44,246 nt of DNA from a virus. Its lineage: Duplodnaviria > Heunggongvirae > Uroviricota > Caudoviricetes. The notes under the pieces are model-generated. The model was not told where the DNA came from. It did no database searches and saw only the letters and a program-made list of their open reading frames with translations. The stretch is taken from positions 1 to 44,246 of the IMG/VR virus record IMGVR_UViG_3300045988_013393. One strand, written 5' to 3'. The position numbers and the translations under genes were made by a program. The first letter of the stretch is position 1, and each line of letters opens with the position of its first letter. Below are positions 1 through 7,093 of the stretch, in pieces.

Positions 1-84
1 ACCTGTTACACCACCTGTTACACCACCTGTTACACCACCTGTTACACCACCTGTTACACCACCTGTTACACCACCTGTTACACC
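1..84. repeat. Tandem direct repeat, 12-bp unit ACCTGTTACACC, 7 copies; array continues at window end (44192-44246)
   Basis: Seven perfect head-to-tail copies at 1-84; same unit and phase family at the 3' end of the window, consistent with a circular/permuted assembly broken inside the array. Confidence 0.9.
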
Positions 85-216
85 AGCACGGTATTGCACA
101 CCAGCTTTCCACGCCCGCCACGCGAGACGCGTCTTAACGTTCAGGTACCCTTTCTTTGAACCTTTGTTAACCGGCAGACCCTCGACTACAGCCCACCGTT
201 CAAATGCTTCTCTCAT
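1..216 (-). CDS. N-terminal part of small (GVTG)n repeat protein (ORF runs off window start, resumes at window end)
   Basis: ATG at 216-214 preceded by GAGGA RBS; reads MREAFERWAVVEGLPVNKGSKKGYLNVKTRLAWRAWKAGVQYRA then in-frame GVTG repeats through the 12-bp array; no stop before position 1. Confidence 0.4.
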   Translation of the reverse strand, partial: MREAFERWAVVEGLPVNKGSKKGYLNVKTRLAWRAWKAGVQYRAGVTGGVTGGVTGGVTGGVTGGVTGGVTG

Positions 217-219
217 AAC

Positions 220-411
220 TTAGTCCTCATCATCTTCTAAGTCAGGGTACACTATGAAATCTCCAGGCCTTTGCAACTCAGCGCCAGCCATAAAATAACC
301 AAGTGCTTCGGCCCTTTCGGAATCTGTTTTAAACTCAGACAAAGGGTATCTTTCATAGAACTTGTTAATTAATAACGCCTGGTCAAACTTAGTCGCATCG
401 TAACCGCTCAT
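220..411 (-). CDS. Hypothetical small protein (63 aa), acidic C-terminus LEDDED
   Basis: ORF with ATG start; ATGA overlap with the upstream gene (translational coupling). Confidence 0.45.
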   Translation of the reverse strand: MSGYDATKFDQALLINKFYERYPLSEFKTDSERAEALGYFMAGAELQRPGDFIVYPDLEDDED

Positions 412-602
412 AACTCTACCCCATGGTGCTTAAGGAAACTGTTTAACTTGTACTCACGGTACTGTACGGACGCTTTAGCGCGAGCGACAAACCATGCCTT
501 TGAGGAAAAATATGGCGTACTCTCCCATGTATCGAGAGCTAATTTAGCGTTACTTAATCCGCGACGTAGACGCTCAAGGCGTAATTGGTTATACGGACTC
601 AT
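408..602 (-). CDS. Hypothetical small protein (64 aa)
   Basis: ATG start, ATGA-coupled to neighbours. Confidence 0.45.
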   Translation of the reverse strand: MSPYNQLRLERLRRGLSNAKLALDTWESTPYFSSKAWFVARAKASVQYREYKLNSFLKHHGVEL

Positions 603-871
603 ACCAACCCCATCTTCTCTTTAACGTGCACCCAAAACTCACCACAATACCAGCACCACATAAGATTAGGTGTCTCGCGCACCCAACCATAATCCTTTCG
701 GGCACGAATCGGAATAATGCCTTTAGTGAAATAATAACCCGTGCGCAGAAAATCAGGGTCGCGCGTCGCAGTGCGCCACATGTTATAAAACTGCTCCAGC
801 CCGGCACCCCGGCGCATGACCCGTATTTTATGGTTATATTCCGCTACTGTTTTCAGTTCAGTGTTATTCAT
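599..871 (-). CDS. Hypothetical protein (90 aa)
   Basis: ATG start, coupled to neighbours in the minus-strand small-gene array. Confidence 0.45.
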   Translation of the reverse strand: MNNTELKTVAEYNHKIRVMRRGAGLEQFYNMWRTATRDPDFLRTGYYFTKGIIPIRARKDYGWVRETPNLMWCWYCGEFWVHVKEKMGLV

Positions 872-1056
872 TTACGGCAACCTCCCTCAGAGTCGTCGGC
901 ACGAGCATCACGATTCGATGCCGTTCTCTCCCGCACTTCGACCATCCTTCCTACCTCTGCGGCGTAATACACATACAGCTTTATTGCGTAATCTTTATTA
1001 CTCGTGGTCTCTGTTATGGCTCCGTCTACGTATACGTCGTAAATTAATTCTTCCAT
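868..1056 (-). CDS. Hypothetical small protein (~62 aa)
   Basis: ORF track 868..1059; ATG at 1056-1054 overlaps the upstream stop. Confidence 0.4.
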   Translation of the reverse strand: MEELIYDVYVDGAITETTSNKDYAIKLYVYYAAEVGRMVEVRERTASNRDARADDSEGGCRK

Positions 1057-1238
1057 CACTTCGCCCCTTTGAATTTAAAATTGTTGCCGATGAGTTCCAT
1101 ATCCTGCGCGTATAAAACGGTGAGATACGACCCCGTTAAAGATTCAGCAAAATAGATATTATTTTCTTTGTGAAATGCGAATATGACCGCAAATTCTCCG
1201 GTCTCAGTAACCCGAACCAACTGACCCTTCTTAAACAT
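1056..1238 (-). CDS. Hypothetical small protein (~60 aa), first gene of minus-strand small-gene array
   Basis: ORF track 1056..1247 starts with GTG; ATG at 1238 has a GAGGAG RBS 8 nt upstream. Confidence 0.45.
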   Translation of the reverse strand: MFKKGQLVRVTETGEFAVIFAFHKENNIYFAESLTGSYLTVLYAQDMELIGNNFKFKGAK

Positions 1239-1272
1239 AACCCTCACTCCTCTGTCTCGTTTCGATAAGTGA

Positions 1273-1301
1273 ATAGTATCCTATTATGTTGGGGTGTGCA
1301 A
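1273..1301 (-). promoter_or_regulatory. Class B sigma70-like promoter (TTGCAC-N17-TACTAT) with embedded GAATAG-N4-CTATTA palindrome
   Basis: On minus strand TTGCAC (1301-1296), 17-bp spacer, TACTAT (1278-1273); ~60-bp element nearly identical to 22553-22581, 32481-32509 and 43865-43893. Confidence 0.5.
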
Positions 1302-1363
1302 GAGATTAGTTACGTTGCCGTTGTGATTCTTTAGGGAAGGTTGTGCCTTTATTCTTATTACTT

Positions 1364-1394
1364 GGTAACTAAAGGGCAGGCCTTAAGCCTGCCC
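1364..1394 (-). terminator. GC-rich stem-loop (GGGCAGGC-cttaa-GCCTGCCC), possible intrinsic terminator on minus strand
   Basis: 8-bp perfect stem; T-rich tract follows on minus strand (plus taactaaa 1366-1373). Confidence 0.3.
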
Positions 1395-1534
1395 AATAAT
1401 CGTTACATTTTTACGGTTGCGAATCTACGGCACATTAAGAAACAGTAGATATTTCAGCGGGTTACTTCTTTAAATGAGATTTAGATACACTTATCCTTAA
1501 ACCCCAAGGCAAGCATCTCAGTTGTCTGGGAGGG

Positions 1535-1566
1535 GTTGACGAATCCCTCGGGGAGGGTTCGTCAAC
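1535..1566. promoter_or_regulatory. Long imperfect palindrome GTTGACGAA(t)CCCT-cgggg-AGGGTTCGTCAAC in divergent non-coding region
   Basis: 13-bp arms with one bulge read directly from sequence; function unknown (operator, ori element or RNA structure). Confidence 0.3.
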
Positions 1567-1660
1567 TCCGTAATATATACAAGTCCCAAAACCATTATAC
1601 AAACATGTGTCAAGAACTTTCAATAACTTTTTTGTAAAGATTAAATATAGCAGGGATTGG

Positions 1661-1689
1661 TTGCTTTTACATCCCCGCTATCCTATACT
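1661..1689 (+). promoter_or_regulatory. Sigma70-like promoter (TTGCTT-N17-TATACT) for plus-strand early operon
   Basis: -35 at 1661-1666, -10 at 1684-1689, ~30 nt upstream of the first early gene RBS. Confidence 0.45.
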
Positions 1690-1720
1690 CAGCTCCACCA
1701 AACAAACAGGAGATATAAAA

Positions 1721-1903
1721 ATGCAACATTACATGACCCAGAATGAAGTAGCTGAGCGTATTGGGGTGACACGCCAGACAATTAATAACTGGTTGCGCAG
1801 TGGTAAATTCCCTGACTGCTGTATTAAAGTTATGGGTCGCCGTTTACCAGGAACATTTGACCGTAATAAAGTTGAAGCGTGGATTAAGGAGAATGTGAAA
1901 TGA
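1721..1903 (+). CDS. Small HTH DNA-binding protein (AlpA/excisionase-like fold suggested)
   Basis: ATG 1721 with AGGAGA RBS; sequence MQHYMTQNEVAERIGVTRQTINNWLRSGKFP is a classic helix-turn-helix; ORF track start at 1607 is likely too long. Confidence 0.55.
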   Translation: MQHYMTQNEVAERIGVTRQTINNWLRSGKFPDCCIKVMGRRLPGTFDRNKVEAWIKENVK

Positions 1904-2190
1904 AAGGTGTAATTTTCCACAATAAAGCAGAAAACGAAGTGTATATGGTTCACTCCGTGGTTGGAGAGTTCGCCCTATGCTTCAACATCTCTTGCCACCT
2001 TGATACCTACCGGCCTTTCTGCGTAGAAACAGAAATGAAGCTAATTAGCTTACGCCAGCTAAGCACCATGTCGGCGTCGCTTAACGTAAGAGATAATCTC
2101 GGGTATATCGACTTCTATTTCGGCGATGATTTGGTCGAGGAATATTTTGAAGAGTATAAAAATTTGCTGGAAGAGTTGGCTAAACGGTAA
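1900..2190 (+). CDS. Hypothetical protein (96 aa)
   Basis: ORF, ATGA-coupled to the upstream HTH gene. Confidence 0.45.
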   Translation: MKGVIFHNKAENEVYMVHSVVGEFALCFNISCHLDTYRPFCVETEMKLISLRQLSTMSASLNVRDNLGYIDFYFGDDLVEEYFEEYKNLLEELAKR

Positions 2191-2202
2191 AAAGAAACCC
2201 CA

Positions 2203-2388
2203 ATGCTAGAACGTCGGGGCCGAAGCACAAATCATCAAAGTAAGCACAAGGATTATACAATGACGAAGTTAATAGTTCCACAGTTGCGCCGCCAGAAACA
2301 CGGCGCTGATTTCTTCGCACCGGTAAAGATGAACCGCGCAATGCGTCGTATGCAGGAAGCCTTAGAACGCGCGGAGAAAAAGAAATGA
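2203..2388 (+). CDS. Hypothetical small basic protein (start uncertain, possibly 2260)
   Basis: ORF overlapping the primase start by ATGA; lysine/arginine-rich. Confidence 0.35.
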   Translation: MLERRGRSTNHQSKHKDYTMTKLIVPQLRRQKHGADFFAPVKMNRAMRRMQEALERAEKKK

Positions 2389-4592
2389 ATATTGTTTTTG
2401 CAACGCTGCGTAACACTTTCGATAAAAACCCGGTAGCCCGTGAAATGCCACTGGAGCAGTTTGTAGAGTATGTCTGCGATACATCGAAGCGCCTGTCCGT
2501 AGACCCGTCATGGACTAAGGAAGAGTACGACGCGGCCAAGATTAAGCAGAAAGCTATTGCGCCGGTTGGCGGTCGCCGTAAGAACGCGATTCTGGAAGAC
2601 AGTGTGGTTAAGTTCGATTTCGACCATCTAAACCGTACCCAGTACCGCGACCTCACCCGCAAATTCAAGAACGCGCCGTTCTTCAATATTCTGCACACAA
2701 CGGCGTCGCACCAGCACGCGTGTAAAAACGGTGACTACGCTTTCCGCGTTCTTGTACCGGCCCGCACGCCGTTTAACTCTAACGACGCGTGGATGGTGCA
2801 ACGTGCTATTTGTGCTGAGTTAGAAATAGACGAAGCATTGCGCGACCACTGCACAGAAGATGGCAACCGCCTTATCTACCTGCCGCATAAAGAGTCGAAG
2901 ATAACGGTTACAGAAGGGCGTGTTATCCGTGCCGAGCGGTACATCAAGAAAGCCGAAGAAATGGGGTTGCGTAAGCGTGAAGCTAAGACCCTTGCTGCCG
3001 ATGAGCATGGGCTTAACGCGGATATAGCGCATTTCTGCGAAGCGGAGCTTGGCCTTGACGCTTTATCTTCCGGTCGCGGGTACGAAGTGCCTTGCCCTAA
3101 CGAACACCTGCACACCGGCAAAGGCTCCACCAGCATCATGCTCGACGGTAAAGAAGTGCGCTTCGTGTGCCAGCACACAAACAACGGTGCTTGCACTGAG
3201 CTTAACCGCCGACAACATTTGGCCCTGCGTATGTGCGGCCTTCCGGACGAGCTTAACGTAGACAAGCAACCTATCAGTATTAACAGCATTCGTGCGGCTC
3301 TGCCTGATTTACCGGATGAAGAGATTGAAGAACTGCACCGCACAGAGAACGAGGAGCCTGTAACTTGTACACTGGAAGACCTTGAAGACGATGACGAGTT
3401 ACCTGAACCGGTAAAGGCTGATTTCGTCGTTGAAGGGTACATGCCGTCGGATTGCATCTGGGACATCGTCGGGGAATCCGGCACATATAAATCATTCTAT
3501 ACGCTGGGTATGATGTACCTGAGCGCCGCAGGGTACCGGTTTGCAGGCGCTGATACACAGCGTTGCCACCATTTCTATATTGACGGTGAGGGCGGTGCTG
3601 CCACACGCACCCGTATTGATGCACTCGCGGCTAAATACGGCGAGGAAGGTAAAGATTATGTACATGTCATCGATATGGGCGAAGTTGGCAAACTGAAAAG
3701 CCTGATTAAGCTAATGCGAGAAACTGCGGGTGGCGAACCCATCGGCATGGTCGCGTTCGATACTCTCAACCAGACACTGGCCCTGACGATTGATAAGTTC
3801 GACGAGAACAGTTCATCAACGGCAATCGGCATGGGTAAAGTTATCGCCATCCTTAAAGAAGTACGTGACGCAACTAAAGCCGCGGTGGGCGTCGTCCACC
3901 ATACACCGAAGGGCGGAAAGAAAGCCCGTGGCAGCGGGGCGCTGTATGCGGGTGTCGATGTGGAACTGACAATAGAACGTGCAACCGACCGTCAGATAAA
4001 CGTATACCACTCGAAATTTAAGCACGGGCCTCAACAGAAAACGGTTGGCATGGTGCTGGAGTCCGTACAGTTCCGTGAAGCGCCGCCGCCGAAAGAGTAC
4101 CGCGCGGTTGAGTTCCTGGGCAGCACAGAGGAATACGGCACAATCGTAAACCTCGACCTGCCGGAACCACACAAGGCGCTTGTTCTGATGCCGTGGGGCT
4201 TCGAGCCGTTCAAAACTGACGAGGAGAAAGAGCGGGAAGAAGGGTTAACTAACGAAGGTAAACAAAAAGTAAAGGAAGAAGTTAAACGCGGCAGGGATGA
4301 AGTAAGGAAGGAGTCGATACTTTCGGCACTGGAAGACCTGCAACAGTCAGATGACACAGGTCGCGGTTTTACTCAGCAGCAGATAGTGGCCCGTTCCGGT
4401 GACTTTTCTGTGACTAACACCCATCTTGATAAAATGCTGAAAGATGGTGAACTAATGCTAGGCTGTGATGCTAATGGCGAAGTAGTACCGAGAACGTATC
4501 GTATACCTGAAAGAATAGGGGATAGATTAAGGCCGAAGACAATATACGAACCGAATGAAATGCTAGTGGTTACTGAGGAAGATTTGGAATAG
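2385..4592 (+). CDS. Putative primase-polymerase / P-loop helicase replication protein (735 aa)
   Basis: N-terminal DxD (FDFDH) and H-rich (HTTASHQH) motifs suggest an AEP-like primase; Cys/His cluster CPNEHLH...CQH...C; Walker A GESGTYKS, Walker B MVAFD; acidic C-terminus ending EEDLE. Confidence 0.6.
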   Translation: MNIVFATLRNTFDKNPVAREMPLEQFVEYVCDTSKRLSVDPSWTKEEYDAAKIKQKAIAPVGGRRKNAILEDSVVKFDFDHLNRTQYRDLTRKFKNAPFFNILHTTASHQHACKNGDYAFRVLVPARTPFNSNDAWMVQRAICAELEIDEALRDHCTEDGNRLIYLPHKESKITVTEGRVIRAERYIKKAEEMGLRKREAKTLAADEHGLNADIAHFCEAELGLDALSSGRGYEVPCPNEHLHTGKGSTSIMLDGKEVRFVCQHTNNGACTELNRRQHLALRMCGLPDELNVDKQPISINSIRAALPDLPDEEIEELHRTENEEPVTCTLEDLEDDDELPEPVKADFVVEGYMPSDCIWDIVGESGTYKSFYTLGMMYLSAAGYRFAGADTQRCHHFYIDGEGGAATRTRIDALAAKYGEEGKDYVHVIDMGEVGKLKSLIKLMRETAGGEPIGMVAFDTLNQTLALTIDKFDENSSSTAIGMGKVIAILKEVRDATKAAVGVVHHTPKGGKKARGSGALYAGVDVELTIERATDRQINVYHSKFKHGPQQKTVGMVLESVQFREAPPPKEYRAVEFLGSTEEYGTIVNLDLPEPHKALVLMPWGFEPFKTDEEKEREEGLTNEGKQKVKEEVKRGRDEVRKESILSALEDLQQSDDTGRGFTQQQIVARSGDFSVTNTHLDKMLKDGELMLGCDANGEVVPRTYRIPERIGDRLRPKTIYEPNEMLVVTEEDLE

Positions 4593-4609
4593 GTAAAAAG
4601 AAAGGGGCG

Positions 4610-4825
4610 TTAAGCCCCTTCACCGAACGCCAGCCACTTGGCGTCTACTTCCAGCACTTCCGCCAGTTTAAACAGCGTCGCCGGGCGGACGTCCTGAGTC
4701 ACCCCAAGCGCAAGCTGGTTAATAGCGCCCTGGGAAACGCCCGCCAGAACAGCCAGACGGCGCTGGGAGATGCCGAGTTCTTTACGGCGTTGTTCTACAC
4801 GGATACCTAGTTCAGATGGTTGCAT
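4610..4825 (-). CDS. XRE-family HTH transcriptional regulator (Cro/CI-like, 71 aa)
   Basis: ISQRRLAVLAGVSQGAINQL helix-turn-helix; AAGGAG RBS; only minus-strand gene in the plus-strand early block, divergent from operator-containing promoters. Confidence 0.7.
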   Translation of the reverse strand: MQPSELGIRVEQRRKELGISQRRLAVLAGVSQGAINQLALGVTQDVRPATLFKLAEVLEVDAKWLAFGEGA

Positions 4826-4845
4826 GTCAATTACTCCTTAGTCAG

Positions 4846-4874
4846 TTGATATGTGAATAGTACCATATTAATTA
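4846..4874 (+). promoter_or_regulatory. Class A promoter, degenerate copy (TTGATA-N17-TAATTA) with GAATAG palindrome
   Basis: Upstream member of a tandem promoter pair between the XRE gene and ORF 4950. Confidence 0.4.
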
Positions 4875-4889
4875 TTTTAGAAAAGCCCA

Positions 4890-4918
4890 TTGACAAGTGA
4901 ATAGTTCGCTATTATAGT
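4890..4918 (+). promoter_or_regulatory. Class A sigma70 promoter (TTGACA-N17-TATAGT) with GAATAG-ttcg-CTATTA palindrome in spacer
   Basis: Consensus -35; same architecture at 7009 and 10777. Confidence 0.6.
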
Positions 4919-4949
4919 TAGCCTATACCAAACGAGAGGAGAGAAACAA

Positions 4950-5450
4950 ATGTTAGAACAGTTCTTAAAATTACTGGAGCGTTTCGTAGTTGCCCATGAA
5001 CTGATTGCGGCGAACAGTGCGAAACAAGTTGTTCATGCCGCCGCGCCGCTGGAAGTAGAGACGGTAGTGTATACCGAAGAATCAGCTTCCGAGTGCGAAG
5101 AAGAAACAACAAAAGAAATCACGGTTGAAGGTGAAGACGTCGTTGACACTAAACCTGCGGAGGAAGAGAAGCCGAAACGCAAGCCGCGTAAAGCTAAAGT
5201 AGAGGAACCAACGCCAGAGCCGGAAGAAGAGAAGGAAGAAGTCGATTACCAGTCTCTGCGTGACCAGATTCAGGCTATCGACGATGCAATTAACGAAGGC
5301 CCGAGCAATGCCGCGTGTGACGATTCGGATGAACTGCTAGAAGAGTTCACCGGCAAGAAGATGAAGATTGCCGCGATTAAAGACGAAGACCTGGCCGAGT
5401 ACCTGGAACGCCTGACGGCAATCAAGAACAAGTATTTCAAAGAAGAATAA
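4950..5450 (+). CDS. Highly acidic hypothetical protein (166 aa, Glu/Asp-rich)
   Basis: ORF with RBS; long acidic low-complexity segments (EEEKPKRKPRKAKVEEPTPEPEEEKEE). Confidence 0.5.
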   Translation: MLEQFLKLLERFVVAHELIAANSAKQVVHAAAPLEVETVVYTEESASECEEETTKEITVEGEDVVDTKPAEEEKPKRKPRKAKVEEPTPEPEEEKEEVDYQSLRDQIQAIDDAINEGPSNAACDDSDELLEEFTGKKMKIAAIKDEDLAEYLERLTAIKNKYFKEE

Positions 5451-5493
5451 CTATCTCGCGGCCTTCGGGCCGCTTTAACTGAGGGTCGGAATT

Positions 5494-5766
5494 ATGATTT
5501 ACCAACTCTACCGCGCCGTTGACAGGCGGGATAACATAGAGGCGTTATGGCTGTTGCGTGCGCCGTCCGGTGCACACCAGATGGAAGAGATGGCGTACTT
5601 AGGAAAAGTACCACGGCCTAAAGATATAGGCCGTCACGTGTCGCAGATTAAGCGCACGACTTTTGCCAAGCCTGACTTTTATGTCTTCGAGTCGATGTAT
5701 GGGTGGGCTATGCACTGCGACCATAAGACACGACATTTAATTGACCAGTGGGAGAGCAGGGTATGA
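5494..5766 (+). CDS. Hypothetical protein (90 aa)
   Basis: ORF, ATGA-coupled to the downstream nuclease gene. Confidence 0.45.
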   Translation: MIYQLYRAVDRRDNIEALWLLRAPSGAHQMEEMAYLGKVPRPKDIGRHVSQIKRTTFAKPDFYVFESMYGWAMHCDHKTRHLIDQWESRV

Positions 5767-7004
5767 TTCTAAAAGAACGCGGTGGCAATAACGACGTACA
5801 CGCATTACTGTCGCCATCCGGTGCTAAAAAGTGGCTTACCTGCGCCGCATCGCTGGCCTGTGAAAAAGACATTCCAAATACGTCAGGTAAAGCCGCCGTA
5901 TTGGGTACCGCCATGCACACCATAGCTGAGATGCACTTAAACCAGTACATCAAAGGCACTGCGCTGCCGTTAGAGCGTGAAGTCGGCGCTTACGTGCTGG
6001 ATGAAGGTAAAGGCCAGATTAAGGCGCTAATCAGCCCGATGAAAGGCGCGGTACTGATTACGGCGGATATGATTGAGCAAGTGCGCAAGTATACCGACTA
6101 CTGCAAAGCGATTATCGATGTAGCGACTTACGCCAAGCTGGAAATGCGGGTAAATCTTACCGAGGTATTGCATCCGGGCTACGAAGGCGTTGAGACATTC
6201 GGAACCGCTGACCTTGTTGCCGTTCAGGAACTGGCGAACACCGAAGAGCACATGCTCATTATTGGCGACCTGAAAACAGGACGGCATCGTGTCGAAGCGA
6301 AAGAAAACAAGCAGCTTATGCTTTACGCGCTGGGTGTTTATCGCCGACTAAAGCGACGTTATAGCATAACAACCGTTCGTCTGGTCATCTTCCAGCCTTA
6401 CGCTGGGGGCGCGTCAGAGTGGGACATCTCGGTTGAGGGCCTTGAACTGTTCGCTAAGTTTGCGCAGAAACGCGCGCTGTTGGCCCTTGATGCTTATTCC
6501 CGCGGCAAGAAGAACCTGAAAGCGTCGGACTTCAAGCCGTCTGTCGATGGTTGTCAGTGGTGTCGGTTCTCTGAACAATGCGCTGCGCGTACAAAAACCG
6601 TTAACTCGGTACTGGCGGAAGAACTGGAAGACGATTTTGCGCTGGAACTTACGCCGGAGCAACTCGTAGCTGAGTATGAGAAGTTGCCGTTGTTGCGCCA
6701 GCACATCGACAAGGTTGAGAAAGCTATGGCCGCCGCGTTGCATTCCGGTAAGAAAGTGCCAGGGTACAAACTGGTTGAAGGTCGTCCTGGTAATCGTGCG
6801 TGGAAAGATGCGGAGAAAGTAGCAGAACTCTACGGCGACAAGCTGACTAAAGAAGTGCTCATGTCACCTACCGAAGCTGTTAAAGTCATACCGGAAGAAG
6901 AACTGAAAGACTTCATTACCCGTAAGCCCGGCGCGCCATGCGTCACAACGGCGGATGACAAACGTCCTGAGTGGAATCAGGTTAGTGAAGAAGATTTGGA
7001 ATAA
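5763..7004 (+). CDS. PD-(D/E)XK exonuclease, Cas4/RecB-like with Fe-S cysteine cluster
   Basis: N-terminal Cys (WLTCAAS), D...DLK motif (ADLVAV...IGDLKTG), QxxxY (QLMLYALG), CQWCRFSEQC cluster; C-terminus ends SEEDLE. Confidence 0.65.
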   Translation: MILKERGGNNDVHALLSPSGAKKWLTCAASLACEKDIPNTSGKAAVLGTAMHTIAEMHLNQYIKGTALPLEREVGAYVLDEGKGQIKALISPMKGAVLITADMIEQVRKYTDYCKAIIDVATYAKLEMRVNLTEVLHPGYEGVETFGTADLVAVQELANTEEHMLIIGDLKTGRHRVEAKENKQLMLYALGVYRRLKRRYSITTVRLVIFQPYAGGASEWDISVEGLELFAKFAQKRALLALDAYSRGKKNLKASDFKPSVDGCQWCRFSEQCAARTKTVNSVLAEELEDDFALELTPEQLVAEYEKLPLLRQHIDKVEKAMAAALHSGKKVPGYKLVEGRPGNRAWKDAEKVAELYGDKLTKEVLMSPTEAVKVIPEEELKDFITRKPGAPCVTTADDKRPEWNQVSEEDLE

Positions 7005-7008
7005 AGTG

Positions 7009-7037
7009 TTGACACCTGAATAGTTAGCTATTATATT
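7009..7037 (+). promoter_or_regulatory. Class A sigma70 promoter (TTGACA-N17-TATATT) with GAATAG-ttag-CTATTA palindrome
   Basis: Consensus -35/-10 spacing, upstream of the SSB-like gene. Confidence 0.6.
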
Positions 7038-7093
7038 TCTAATCACTGGCCGGGCAGCTTCCCGGAGTAAACTGAAAACTGAGGAATCGAGAT

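Noticed and set aside
1-84. Possible CRISPR array from the 12-bp tandem repeat
   Set aside because: Repeats are directly adjacent with no spacers and the unit is far shorter than CRISPR repeats; it is a simple tandem repeat.
2180-2698. 172-aa minus-strand ORF overlapping the primase-helicase 5' end
   Set aside because: Opposite strand to a well-supported coupled plus-strand operon; no RBS or promoter.
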